Source of the DNA: Antedon mediterranea | Taxonomy: Eukaryota; Animalia; Echinodermata | NCBI RefSeq assembly: GCF_964355755.1 | Contig: NC_092670.1 | Coordinates: forward strand, 22,244,795 to 22,308,794 | DNA length: 64,000 nucleotides | Reading direction: 5' to 3' | Part shown: positions 1 through 14,800 of the stretch, piece by piece | Layout: each line of letters begins with the position of its first letter | How positions within the stretch are numbered: position 1 is the first letter of the stretch | Made by a program: the position numbers and the translations under genes | The notes under the pieces: model-generated | Told to the model about the DNA's origin: nothing | The model's input: the letters and a program-made list of their open reading frames with translations, nothing else | Database searches by the model: none

Positions 1-473
1 CTTGCAGTATTGCATCTTCTGACAGAAATCAACATCCCATATGAACGTAGTATTGAAAAAGTTAGGTGAAGGTAATAATTAGGAGGTAGGTGCCATGTTA
101 TTGGCCTGTTGTTGTCAGCAGACATGATACTGCAGGATGTTCTTTTATCCAAGAAACATTAGGATGAGGTAGTGTGATGGGTGATGAAGCACATAGTAAA
201 AAGTCATAAACCATAAAACCTTGAAAAGAAGCCCAAATGCTTTTTTTTTTTTTACTTTTGGGTGGATCAGATTTCTGATATACAGTATTTAAATATCTGT
301 GACTTGCTGAATGTGTAAAATGTTAAAACATTTTGGTCAATTTTTAAAAATACAATTGTTATTCTTACTTACATTTATTCGTGTGTCTGTCCTTATTGTT
401 TCTTCAGTTGCATTGTAAACTTTAAAAGCAAATAATAAATTCACTGAATTATTAGGGAGTTTTCAATTTGCGA

Positions 474-1974
474 TCACCAACAATCAATGTATGTTATATC
501 ACTCACCGACAACCGATGAGCAATGTATGTTATATCACTCACCGACAACCGATGAGCAATGTATGTTATATCACTCACTGACAACCAATGAGCAATGTAT
601 GTTATATCACTCACTGACAACCAATGAGCAATGTATGTTATATCACTCACCGACAACCAATGAGAAATGTATGTTATATCACTCACCGACAACCAATGAG
701 TAATATATGTTATATCACCCACCGACAACCAATGAGCAATGTATGTTATATCACTCACGGACAACCAATGAGCAATGTATGTTATATCACTCACCGACAA
801 CCAATGAGCAATGTATGTTATATCACCCACCGACAACCAATGAGCAATGTATGTTATATCACTCACCGACAACCAATGAGCAATGTATGTTATATCACTC
901 ACCGACAACCAATGAGCAATGTATGTTATATCACTCACCGACAACCAATGAGCAATGTATGTTATATCACTCACCGACAACCAATGAGTAATAAATGTTA
1001 TATCACTCACGGACAACCAATGAGCAATGTATGTTATATCACTCACCGACAACCAATGTATGTTATATCACTCACTGACAACCAATGAGCAATGTATGTT
1101 ATATCACTCACCGACAACCGATGAGCAATGTATGTTATATCACTCACCGACAACCAATGAGCAATGTATGTTTTATCACTCACCGACAACCAATGAGCAA
1201 TATATGTTATATCACTCACCGACAACCAATGAGCAATGTATGTTATATCACTCACCGACAACCAATGAGCAATGTATGTTATATCACTCACCGACAACCA
1301 ATGAGCAATGTATGTTATATCACTCACCGACAACCAATGAGCAATGTATGTTATATCACTCACCGACAACCAATGAGCAATGTATGTTATATCACTCACC
1401 GACAACCAATGAGCAATGTATGTTATATCACCTACCGACAACCAATGAGCAATGTATGTTATATCACTCACCGACAACCAATGAGCAATGTATGTTATAT
1501 CACTCACCGACAACCAATGAGCAATATATGTTATATCACTCACTGACAACCAATGAGCAATGTATGTTATATCACTCACCGACAACCAATGAGCAATGTA
1601 TGTTATATCACTCACCGACAACCAATGAGCAATGTATGTTATATCACCCACCGACAACCAATGAGCAATATATGTTATATCACTCACCGACAACCAATGA
1701 GCAATGTATGTTATATCACCCACCGACAACCAATGAGAAATGTATGTTATATCACTCACGGACAACCAATGAGAAATGTATGTTATATCACTCACCGACA
1801 ACCAATGAGCAATGTATGTTATATCACTCACGGACAACCAATGAGCAATGTATGTTATATCACTCACCGACAACCAATGAGCAATATATGTTATATCACT
1901 CACTGACAACCAATGAGAAATGTATGTTATATCACTCACGGACAACCAATGAGCAATGTATGTTATATCACCCC
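474..1974. repeat. 36-bp minisatellite, left block (~41 units)
   Basis: Tandem unit CACTCACCGACAACCAATGAGCAATGTATGTTATAT with point variants and no unique spacers. Unit length divisible by 3 explains the repetitive ORFs. Confidence 0.97.
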
Positions 1975-3043
1975 CAGGCCCGTAGCCAGGGGGGGGTTTT
2001 TATGGTTCGGGCGAACCCCCTTTACAGCGGACCCCCCTTAACCGACTGCGAACCCCCATCCCCAATACCTCACCCTCATCTCCAAAAATCCTCCAAATAC
2101 GTGCCCCACAGTACAAAAAGTTGTTTGTAAATTGAAAAATTTGTAAACTTGTTCGTGAACCTTCTTCTCTGTATGAGCGTCAACTAGCGATACGTGTCTG
2201 TAAATTTCTAAAAGCTGCAAATGAATTGCCGATTTTAACCTGAAAAATAAATGTTTGGTCCCTGCATGTAACATGATATTGACACATCTCATGGCGAACT
2301 GGGGCACAAACGATGATGGGCAAAAACGATGATTCGTACAAAGGACACCGCCAGACAACTGCGTACCTATAATTGTTTAGATCACTGGCAGTCAGGCAGC
2401 ATGCATAAAGTATATAGCCTTCCGACGTACATCAGTATTTATGTGTGACTATGAAGTATAATGTATCATAGAGGATTATAGTGAATATTAATATTTTACA
2501 CTATAATATCTATGGTATCAAGTACTGTAGTTCACATTATGGCATCCGATTATTTTTTTCTAGACCACCAGCCGATACGTACTAAAATGTATCAATATCA
2601 CCTATTTAAATATTTATATTCCTCAACAAATTGCTGTAAATAAATATTATAGATAGAGCTAGCAAATAGCATTTGCCTTTAACCAGTGTGCTTTTTTCGG
2701 GGCTGCTCCTAGATGTACGTTCGCATTGAACTTGAACGCAAAACAAAATACGGAGTAAATGATCAAACAATCGGCGGTTCCGCACAGAGCACACGCATCT
2801 AACATACGGCAACAAATAGTTATCGTCCTTTAAATTATCGACGTGTTTGAGAAGGAGGAAAAAAGTACGATCTTTTTGCTCAGTGGTAGCATGCTGCACG
2901 AGAGTGTCTTTTCCTGCCATCTAGGGGTGTCATTTAACAAAATTCGCTTCGCATCAGGCCCCACCCCCAGGGGGGGGGGGCGGGGGTTGACCCAAATATT
3001 TAGTGTCCGAACCCCCCCTTGACAGATCCTGGCTACGGCCCTG
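1975..3043. mobile_element. Non-autonomous hAT-like DNA transposon inserted in the 36-bp minisatellite
   Basis: TIRs CAGGCCCGTAGCCAGG (1975) and CCTGGCTACGGCCCTG (ends 3043), 1 mismatch. Flanks CACCCC / CACCCACC resemble a decayed 8-bp TSD. Internal minus-strand peptide LLRILFCVQVQCERTS weakly resembles the hAT C-terminal CERxFS motif. Confidence 0.75.
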
Positions 3044-3870
3044 CACCCACCGACAACCAATGAGCAATATCTGTTATATCACTCACCGACAACCAATGAG
3101 CAATGTATGTTTTATCACTCACCGACAACCAATGAGCAATGTATGTTATATCACCCACCGACAACCAATGAGCAATGTATGTTATATCACTCACCGACAA
3201 CCAATGAGCAATGTATGTTATATCACTCACCGACAACCAATGTATGTTATATCACTCACCAACAACCAATGAGCAATGTATGTTATATCACTCACCGACA
3301 ACCAATGAGAAATGTATGTTATATCACTCACCGACAACCAATGAGCAATGTATGTTATATCACTCACCGACAACCAATGAGAAATGTATGTTATATCACT
3401 CACCGACAACCAATGAGCAATGTATGTTATATCACTCACCGACAACCAATGAGCAATGTATGTTATATCACTCACCGACAACCAATGAGCAATGTATGTT
3501 ATATCACTCACCGACAACCAATGAGCAATGTATGTTATATCACTCACCGACAACCAATGAGCAATGTATGTTATATCACTCACCGACAACCAATGAGCAA
3601 TGTATGTTATATCACTCACCGACAACCAATGAGCAATGTATGTTATATCACTCACTGACAACCAATGAGCAATGTATGTTATATCACTCACCGACAACCA
3701 ATGAGAAATGTATGTTATATCACTCACCGACAACCAATGAGTAATAAATGTTATATCACTCACCGACAACCAATGAGAAATGTATGTTATATCACTCACC
3801 GACAACCAATGAGTAATAAATGTTATATCACCCACCTCACGACAAATGAGCAAATGTATGTTATAACACT
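3044..3870. repeat. 36-bp minisatellite, right block (~23 units)
   Basis: Same unit as 474-1974, resuming in register after the insertion. Confidence 0.97.
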
Positions 3871-4049
3871 GTGCGAATGCAGGGACAGGACATGCTTCCT
3901 TGCTCCCCACCTGAACACATTTTTATGCTTCAGGTCCAGGCAATGACAGACAATTAAACATTGATTGACCTGACCTAGTAGAGTTCAGCAGGTCATTGCA
4001 AACTGAAACTATTTATATTTAAGTTATATCAAGGGCAAACTTTCTATGG

Positions 4050-4588
4050 ATTAAAAATGGCATGTTTCACAGAAAGTTATGTGCGCACGCGCGTTTAAAA
4101 ATTAAAGGTACGAAAATTCAATTTCTAATCAACTTTCTACGCGTTTCATGTAATTTTAAGCATGTCAAAAATTCCCACATGTGCGCAAATTTTTATGCCT
4201 TTTTTTAAACAGTCATAGTTTCTAAACTGCATAGTGAAGTTTATTGTTATTACATATTATGGAAATAGATGAGTTGTAGATATCGGATCATGCATCAATA
4301 TGGCTAACCGGACATTGTGACGTCATCGTATGGCCATTCGAGTATAAAATATAGGATTTTTGTCTCTTTCGTCATAGCTCATCACATTTAATAGAGCGCA
4401 TCTCTACTTATCTGTATTCCATTTCTATTCCATTTTTTTATTGTCTAGGTCAATCAATTATTAAACAACATTTTTAAAATTGTGATGACATTATCATGTT
4501 CAAAAGCGCAATATTCTAACGTATGACGTGCACATGCGTTTGCGCTGGGGATAACCTAACTCGTCCATAGGGACGAGTTCAAATCTAG
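4050..4588 (+). mobile_element. Helitron/Helentron-like non-autonomous element, copy 1 (left boundary approximate)
   Basis: Ends in hairpin AACTCGTCC-ATAG-GGACGAGTT followed by CTAG|T (4585-4588). Body is homologous to about 4860-5800. Confidence 0.6.
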
Positions 4589-4589
4589 T

Positions 4590-5799
4590 TTTTCTATATT
4601 CTTCTTTCTTTCCACGAATTTTGTTCGCAGCGTATCTCTAATTCTGGCCAACATAAGATTGTATAACTTTGTCAAAAGATTGACCTGTATCTGTAGATGT
4701 GCAAGAATCTTTGTTATGCGACTTTAGAGTCGCGCAGCGTAAGTTACGTGCAATTTTATGAATTTTGAGTATTTAACATAGATCGATAACCATACAACAA
4801 TTTATATTGAAACTTAGCAAAGTGTAAATTTATGCCATGCGCTAACTATCTTTGGAAAAAAATTGGCATGTTTTACAGAAAGTTACACGCGTACTCACGT
4901 TTAAAATTTTCAAATGCAAAAAATCAATTTCTAATCAACTTTCTACACGTTCCATGTCATTTTAATCATGTAAAAATTTCCAGGCGCGGAATGTAGCGCT
5001 AAAAACATTTTTTTTGTCATGAATTATGTTTTTCCAGCCTTTTCTAGTAATATTACCAACTTTAAAAAATTTTTTTACTTAAATTCATGTCGTACGAGCA
5101 CTTAGAATTGGATAATTCGCGCACGTTTTTGATGAAAAAAAAATTAGTTTTTAAACTACATGGTGAAGTTTATTTTTATTACATATTCTGGAAGTAGATG
5201 AGTTGTAGATATCGGATCATGCAACAATACGGCTCATCACATTTAATAGAGCGCATCTCAACTTATCTGTATTCAATTTTGCCTCATATTTTGATATTGT
5301 CTAGGTCAATCCATTATCTTTCGCATGATTTACCATTTTAAAAATTTCTAATTACGTCATCATGATCAAAATGTCATCATATAGCCAGTTGATTTATAAA
5401 AGTCGTATTTTCATATTTTACGTCATAGTTCATGATATTTAAAAGATCATTTATATTCTACGTATCCAAATTTCTTCAACATGTTAATATGTTGTTGCTC
5501 AGATAATACCCTTCCAAAATTGCTATCTACGTGTTTCATTATGATGACGTCATCATGTTAAAAATTGACATAAAAGGCTGGTTCTGTTATTTTCACCTAT
5601 TCTGCACTGTATGTAGTATACAGTATATAGTGTATATTGTATATAATTAGACACAAAATAGAGGGTACACTAACATTTTATTTTGTTCAGGTCACAATGG
5701 CATAATCGTTTGTCTGTGCGCAATATTAACGTATAACAGGCACGTGGCGTTTGCGCGGCGGATAACCTAACTCGTCCATAGTGACGAGTTCAAATCTAT
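4590..5799 (+). mobile_element. Helitron/Helentron-like non-autonomous element, copy 2 (tandem with copy 1)
   Basis: Same 3' end GGATAACCTAACTCGTCCATAGTGACGAGTTCAAATCTAT. Internal blocks shared with copy 1, e.g. GATGAGTTGTAGATATCGGATCATGCA. Confidence 0.6.
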
Positions 5800-5899
5800 T
5801 GTTCAAATTAAACTAGTTGTCGATTGTACACCCACTCAGAACAGAGACAAAATTGGTACATCATATTCCTAAGCTGAACATCAATGTATAAACACTTAC

Positions 5900-8800
5900 C
5901 CTTATCAGAATCATCAGTAGTAGCTAAAAAAACAATTATAAAAGTGATTTTTTTAACAGAAATGATGCAAAAGATTAGATATTTAAAAAAAATAAAAGCA
6001 AAACCCATCCAACAAAGCAATAAAAGTAAAGCAGTAAAAGCGTATGGTACAGGTTGGCTCAAACACATGCCTCTCACATGCTAGTCTGATCCTTACCGTT
6101 ACGCCATAATACTCTATGATTTGCATCAAGTTATCTACCAGGCCCAACGTTGCTTAACTTTGATGATCTGCTGAGAACTGGTGGTATTGAAATGTAGAGA
6201 ATGGCAACACAAACAAAAGTAAAATAATCGACCACTATTAAAAAACAAACAAATACCAACAAAAAATACAAGAATACTTACAATTGTAAGTTGAATTTTG
6301 ACTAATTTCATTCAATAGTTTGGATATAGATATGGCCTTAGTAGATGCTGCCACAATGTTCCCGCCTCCTACAAGCTGACGCATTTTATCCAACTCAATC
6401 TCAATGATGTCATATATATCCTCAATTGCTTGTTCCAGTGGTTCCACCTGATTAAAAATTATAATGCAATTAGGGATCATGTCGTTAGTGACTCAAACTT
6501 AAACTTTTGATCTGTATAAAGGAAGTTGGATCCACTGTTGCCCCACTGGCAGCTCCTACACTGCCAATCCGACTCCAAATATAGAACTTTGCATTCCCTT
6601 TGATTCTGTTGGTGCGGACAAGAGGGTTGCCATGTTATTTGGGCATAGCAAAATTAACATACTGTATTGTTCCTAATAAACGCCCCGCCCCTAATAAACG
6701 CTCCCTTTATTTTTTGTTCATTTTCTAATTAACACACCTTAGTGCCCAATCTATATAAACAGAGGATTCTCACGTTTAGAATTGGTTTTCAGCCCGGAAA
6801 GTCACATTTTTCAATGTACGCTAACAGCGTGACAAACATGTAGGGCGGCCTACACCGGGCACGTAGGGTAATTCGCGCATGTAGGACACTGGACGTTTTT
6901 TTAAAATTCACAACAACATACATCGCTGGTTTTAAATACCAGGAAAACAACGGGATCAGACAATCGCATGTTTATTCACACAACACAGAATTGATATAAG
7001 GCGTCTGGTTCATGAAGACCTTTCGAGTTGTTAGAACTTTTATAAATTTGAGGGCGGATGTCAATAAACATTGATTGACCGTCTGAAGCAACTTTTTTAG
7101 GGTAGGTTGGCCTCATATAGGCTCTATTTATGATTTTTACATTTCACCCCTAACAAACGCCCCCTTTATTAGGAACAATACAGTAATCTTTTGGCAAGAC
7201 TTGTAGTAACACAATGGTGTGCGCACCTTGACAAGGTTGAAAGTAGGATCATTTCGACATGTCCTCTTAATTTTGTTAATTCAAAGCAAAATGGTTATTG
7301 AAAGCACAACTGTACTTCTAAAGACTTGCTTAGGACTTTGTTTATGTAAAGCATTCTGTAAATGCTGTGTGGTGAACAGAATTGTCACACTTAAGGACAG
7401 TGGCCGGATAAATTCATTCATGGTTATCAATTTGCCTAAATATATAAAAACAATAAAAACATAACATGTGTACATCAGACTCGACATATCGGGCGCTTTT
7501 TACTATACATAAAAAGCCAACAATAAAATGTGTTTGAGGCCGACTCGCTCCAATTGTGGTGGTGGAACAAGTATGGTTGATTTAGGGAGGTGGTCGCTTA
7601 CGAGATTACTTAGCCATTAGTCTATCCACCTCTCGTAAGCACAGCTAAGCGCTAAAAAGCGTAAAGAGATGTATTTGCACATGATTTAGACATATAGGTT
7701 TGTAAAATATATAATATTTTCTACATTAGCTGGCGATAATAACTACATTAGCTGGTGATAGTAACTACATTACCTGTTGACCGTTCTACATTATCTGGTG
7801 TTTATTTTTATTTACATAAGCTGTTGGTGTTTCTACATTAGCTGGCGTTTTTTACATTAGCGGTTCTACCCCAAACGAGTGGTATAGTCAGTTGTACAAA
7901 GTGAGGGCGTGTGGCGCAGTGTGTTGGACGTTGGACTACCGATCGTCAGACCTAGGTTCGAATCCAACTCTCGCCGCATTGCTTGTATCCTTAGGCAAGA
8001 TACTTTACTTACGTTGCCTCTCTCCACCCAGGTGTATAAATGGGTACCCAGTTAGATCTAGACACAACTTTGCGCTGGTTACCGGCTGCATTATGGGAGT
8101 ATGTTTCCATACGTGTTTGATCCCAAAAAATACTGGGGTAATAATCCTTGTAAAGCGCCTTTGAGCATGATTACTCATGAAAAGGGCGCTATATAAATGT
8201 GGTATTATTATTATTATTAAAAGGTATACTCAACTGTAGGCCTACTACCGAGATTTTTAGATTATAGCGACTTTGTCATGATGACATAATTTTGAGGAGT
8301 TTCACATGTGCCATGTCTTCTCATTCATTGCCTGGCTTTGGATTTACTGTACAACATGAACGGCTTCCATGTTACATGTTTACATTTTACACGTAAACAG
8401 TTAATTGCTTAAAGTCATTATACATACTTTTACTATCATATTGTAATCCTCACTACGTGCCTTGTACACATCAAAGGTTGATACACGTATATCCAATTCA
8501 TAATCTGGAGGGTCTCCTTGTGGTAAAGAAATAGGGCTAGCAAGCTTTCTCTCTTGTCCTAAAGAAATGTAAAGAATAATATCAATAGTTGATGTGCCCA
8601 AATATGGTAGTGATATGACATCATCATGTCCTTACATGGGCACATCACATTTTTTGTCACAAAGTTTGATAGTGTAGACAGAGGTTTACACTGCTCCTGG
8701 CTAAAATTATGACAATTTCATATGTATATAAAGTACTAGGGTTGAACGGCTTTTTTAACTTTTGACAGAATATTAATAATTAAATTGGATGAGTATAAAC

Positions 8801-11800
8801 AAACATTAAAATATGGTTAAATTATCGCTGCAAAAAGGAGTACATTCAAATGTATTATTAGCGCAAACTAGGATACCTTGTACTGTCATAACCTCTGGAC
8901 ACCACAAGTTTCAGAGTCAGCTCAAATGCTTAACATTTAGAACTTGGATATCCTTTATCAGGACATGGTACAAACGAAAATGTACACAAAGATTAAAAAC
9001 ACATTCATACCGCTGTATATCATGTCCCAGATGGTAGAATTTCTTGATTTAACACTAAACTCATATGTCAGTGGAACATCAACATCAGTGAAGTTATAAC
9101 AATCGATCATGAAAGGTGTTTCAACTGCATATCCTTCAGCCGGCTCTATTGTACAATTTCCAACCTCAGGAAAATCATTAGCAGATACCTCCCATCGGCT
9201 TTCAGCTGCAGTACAATAAATATTATTGATAACTTGAATTTGAGTGACAACCTACCATTCATCTGAATAAAGCATTCACCAGCGATCCACAGAATACTGT
9301 TTACCCATTTTTCTGAATAATATATTTAATTCAACCAACTATCCCACAATGTTGTATACCCCTGATACAGTACAATCAATACAGACACCCTCAATATTGT
9401 ATTCCCTAGATACCATGAATACTGCATACCCTCAGCTACCCATGAATACTGCATACCCTCAGCTACCCATGAATACTGCATACCCTCAGCTACCCATGAA
9501 TACTGCATACCCTCAGCTACCCATGAATACTGCATACCCTCAGCTACCCATGAATACTGCATACCCTCAGCTACCCATGAATACTGCATACCCTCAGCTA
9601 CCCATGAATACTGCATACCCTCAGCTACCCATGAATACTGCATACCCTCAGCTACCCATGAATACTGCATACCCTCAGCTACCCATGAATACTGCATACC
9701 CTCAGCTACCCATGAATACTGCATACCCTCAGCTACCCATGAATACTGCATACCCTCAGCTACCCATGAATACTGCATACCCTCAGCTACCCATGACTGC
9801 ATAACTCTCAGTTATCCATGAATACTCTGAATGATCCAGATTGTATTTATGAATACTACATACCCTTTGAATACGATTGCACGTCTGAATAAGAAATACA
9901 CTCATATAATAATAATATCAATCTATCAACAACTTACCTACTGCCGGAGGAGAAACACCATCCTCTCTGTTAACAAACAATTTTATCCAGTAAGCAGTAT
10001 TAGGTTTAAAAAATCCTTCGTTGATGACCTGATTGGCTTTCCATTTTCCTGTTGAGGTGTGGTCTTCCCAATCTTTATAGTCTAATTTAGAATCTTCGTC
10101 TGTATCGTTTATTATTTCCCACCTAAATGAATGAAGACAATAAAGAATGTAAATCCTTTTAAAATTACTAAAGGCTATATTTTATACTAGCAATATACCC
10201 GCCCCAGGACGGGTTTCAAAATTAGTTTAAAGCCTTCTCAGTACATAACACCCGACGCCAGTATCTCCCTATACTCAACCACCCCCACCCTGATATGATA
10301 GTAGGCCTATGGTTTAAGTACGTTGTAAACTGTGTAAATGAATAGGTGTCATATTGGCTGATAATTAAAATAGCTAATTTAGGTATTGCGGCCCCCAGCC
10401 TTCTTTCTCCTCTAACCATCCCAGCAACAATTGAGAAACCTTAACTCTACTCCACAACAGTTCAAATGTAGTAACTTTTTCTAGTACAATTCCAATCATA
10501 TACTATTACGCCAGTAATTTCGCTCCCCCTCCTCCCTCCCAACACACCCCAGATACTGGGTGATGTGTCAAGACGCTTCCAGTTCAAATAATGTTAGCCT
10601 TCACTCCCTCCCCTAAATCCTTCAGTGGCAGTTTTCAAATGTAGTTTAAAACATTCCCAGTACAGTTTCAGTCATGGTGATAGGCCTACATCCCCGCTCC
10701 AAACTCCCATCCCCTTCCCAGTGATAACTAAAATACTTTAACAATTTCCTACCACAATTCTGGTCAATTTGATAGCCTACCACCCCTAGCCTAAGCAAAA
10801 TCCCCACTATCCCCTGAACCCCAACTCTCACACCCTATCTCCCACCCCCATGTGTTCAATGTTCAAATATAGTTTAGAACATTCCTGGTACAATTGCGGT
10901 CATTTTGATACCCCATATGTAAGGTTACGTGGAGTAACAAAAATTTGTATAACGAACAAACAGACAAACAAACGTACAAACTCTCTCACTTATAATATAG
11001 ATAATCAAAATTGTGCAAAATGAAAGTAAATAATACCTGTAGTTATGTACTGGGAAACTCGAATTAATAAAAGATTTCAGCGTGAATCTACCAGATGGAT
11101 TGGTTCGATCTTCACAGTTGGCAAAACATCTTAAAAAATGAAACAAAAATTAATGTTGTATCTTAAATTCATTTTGAAACTTCTATATGTACAACTAATA
11201 AAATAGGATTGTAATAAGGTTATAGTATGCATTCAATATTAATATCTTTTTTATTTCTGAAATATCATCCATATTAATAAACTTCTAAACAGGAAAAGAA
11301 AAATCGTAACATGTAAACTTAAGTATATAGAATGCTTCTCCATCTACAAAATACATTTTGGAGTTATGGAGCATATGTTTACACAAGCAACAAGGATGTT
11401 ACCACTATTCAACATACGTTGCATGAAACCATAGGTAGATTTTCGCATGTACTCATTAAAGGAAGGAACACCATGTTCAATAAACATTGCACTGGCACTA
11501 CTATACTTCTAGAGACATTAAGTATATGGCGCAGAGCATTATTGTAACATACATTAAGAGATCTAATATTCTTCATACGATAGTTACACCAAAGGGCTGT
11601 ACAATACATATTAATACAGTAAGATCTAAAGAGACAACATTTAACATTGGTAGAGCATTTCATAAATTTGCGATTGAGTGAGTTGTTTCTAATACACAAA
11701 GATCTGTACTGACTTTGAATGTCAGCCTCATCACTGCAATCACACATAAGAATATGACCAAGGTAGGTACCTTTCTCAACATAAGCAAGTTTTTTACCAA

Positions 11801-14800
11801 AAATTTTAGTAATAGAATTACCTTCAAGTTTGCAAGTATGAGGACAGAAACACATACAAAAAGATTTCTTATCATTAAATAAAACATCTTTTTCTTGCGC
11901 AAAAACTCTTCACAAACATGTACCAATTGCTGGAGACCAGCAACTGAGGGGACAAGTAGAACAAGATCATCCGCATAACTAAGATGATTCAAGATAATGT
12001 TTCTACATTGGCAACCCTGGCACAAACCACTTAGTCTACAATTAAGAGTACTAATATACATGTTATAAAGGAGAGGGGACATAACCCCACCCTGTCTAAC
12101 TCCATTACCTACTGTAAATACATTTGAAACAGAGTTTCCCCAACATATCACAAAACTCTCATACCAACATTTGAGCAATTTAACAATACAAAGATTAATA
12201 CCATTGTAAATGAGCTTATTATAAAGAATCCAGTGATTGACTCGATCTAAAGCCTTACTGGCATCTAGAAAGCAAGCAAAAACTGGACTACCATTTCTAT
12301 TGTAGTAGTCAATTACATGTTTCAATACAAAGATACACGTATCAGTCGAGTGTTTCGCTTTAAATGCAAATTGGTAGTCCTGGATTCCAGTGAGTTACCG
12401 CAATGACTGATCAAAATAGATTCAAACACCTTAGATAATACAGACGCTAAAGCAATAGGTCTATAATTATTCTTATTAGTAATATCACCTGATTTACTCT
12501 TAACAATCGGCACTAGAATAACTTTAACAAGATCTTTGGTTACATGACCATGAAAGCATAGCATTAAAGCATAAACTCAATAGGATATCAAGTCGTTTAA
12601 TACCATATTTAAGATGTTCACCACCCAAACCATCAAGTCCGGGTGATTTTCCTACAGAAAGTTTATCAATGCAATTAGATACAAGATCAGGAGTGACATT
12701 AATACCAATCTCAGGCGGACAGTATTCTAGAGTCTCCTCTACAAATGCTTTATGAGTCGTGTTATCCACACAGTTAAACAAATTCTCATAATGTTTGGCC
12801 CAATGGTTACATATGTTGTATTCACCACTATCATTATCAATAACTTCAGAGGTATAATAGCTCTAGTATCATTCATATGCCTAACACCTTCCCAAAAACC
12901 TTGGTAGTCCCTATTACTGTAAGACTGAGCTAATTTATCAGCATACAGTTGTTGATCATTCTGTTTACACGTGCGTAACGCCAACTTAAAACGATACATT
13001 TTCATAGAATGAAACAAGGGCCCATTCCTGGGTTTGCCGTTAGTTCTCCATAATAAGAAGGCTTCACGAGCAACAGAATGCAGATCAGAAACATAATCCT
13101 TCCAGCCCGGCACAATAATAATTATATGACTTAGACCTAGTGGGCTTCAAACATTCACTAAATCGGACAGTATCAAATCGTTTTCAGAGACAAAGTTTAC
13201 AAGCTCTTTGCCAAATTTCCTATTTATGTCAGCATTAAAGTCACCGCAAACTACAACTTTGTTACTGTGAAATTCATTAATAATCGTTTGAATTTTTCCT
13301 AGATAATCAACAAACTCAATGAAATTATCAGCATTATCGTCATAGGGAAGATAAACATTAATAAGAAGGGATACATTAGATCCTTTTCCTATTGTGATCC
13401 CAATCAATCTTTTGTCATTAAAATCAATGCAAGAGATAAACTTAGATAACTTCTTTCTGTAAAAAATGGCTACTCCACCATAAGGGCGACCCAATAGTAA
13501 ACCATCAGAACTGCAGACCTGTGAAACACTAACACAATCAAAATCAACATGAAAAGACTTAAGTATGAACAATTCATCATCAGTGAGCCAATGTTCTTGT
13601 ATGGCTACAATATTTGCATAAATCGTAAACTTCGTAACGTAAAGACTTACAGTTATAGGAAACACACCTCAGCTTGGATAATGACATGTTAGGACCATCC
13701 TCCATCATCACGTTTAGTGTTTCTTGTATCATAATACCGCCTTATTATTGCATTCAATGGCCATAGTTCTGTATCATAGACATCACTTATATGCACTGCA
13801 TCACATTTAATCAGAAAAGAAGCACATTCATTAACTTTACAGGGCAACGAAGAAACATCGGCATCAATGTCCTTAGTGGTTTTTAAATGCAATTTAATAT
13901 CATCAGTGGTATTATCGGGAGACATGTTACCCAGGTAAAACTTGCATGGAGGAGGCGGTCTACCCTTGAGTGCAATATTTACACCAGTTCCTTGTTCATT
14001 TTTATTTTTACGTCGGCTCTGGGAATGTCGTTGAAATCGAAATCCATCTTCGTCCTCAAAACAGCACGATTTCCATTACTGTCATCTTGCACAGTCGAAA
14101 CATGGTCACGGTTCCTATCTGGCAGTATAGAAGCATTATCATCACTCTTCCGTGTAATGTCATCCGCCGAGAGAAGGCTATTAAATTCTATGGTCGAAGG
14201 GGAATTCCCCATTTGCCTGCTCATGACCGCCTTACTGCCTATCTGTTCCTTGGCAACTGCTTGGGCAAATGATTTGGGACAATCACTCACATTAGTTAAG
14301 TCAGATTTGGAATTATTTAATTGTATTACCTGTTGTACTTGCTTAGAAATATCATTTCTTTGACTAGCAGCATAGGCAATGTCAGATCGGACCACTTGTA
14401 AGTCAGTTTTGAGCTTTTGGATCTCACGAAACAACAAAGTAGCATCAATCTTTTCAATCGGCACAAATGGTATTTTTGACAAATTAGCTGCCGCAAACGT
14501 AGGTAGGCACGTTACATAAGCATTGACTAAATATGTCAAAATATCATTAATCATTATTTTAGGTTGCCTTCTTGGTCTATGTACAATGCTATTGCAATCC
14601 TTTATAGACATACGCCCGTATTCTTAAACCGGACTTTAGTCGTAGTTCGAAGTTCGACTTGGAAAAGTCGTAGTTCGAGCTATTACTTCAAATTCGATTA
14701 AAAAACGAAGTAGTCGAAGTTTGCAGTTCGACTTAATGAAGTCGAGCTTTTAGTCGAGTTGCACACGTCTGGGTAACAAAGGCTATACATTGGCCAATGA

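Noticed and set aside
1-220. Possible further PKD1-like exon
   Set aside because: An acceptor-like site exists at 220 but all three frames from it hit stops, and no motif was recognised.
474-3870. 36-bp repeats as a CRISPR array or repeat-protein gene
   Set aside because: Units are directly adjacent with no unique spacers and no cas genes. ORFs appear in several frames on both strands simply because 36 is a multiple of 3.
9326-9804. Periodic 9-aa ORFs on both strands
   Set aside because: 27-bp minisatellite in an intron whose flanking exons already join in phase.
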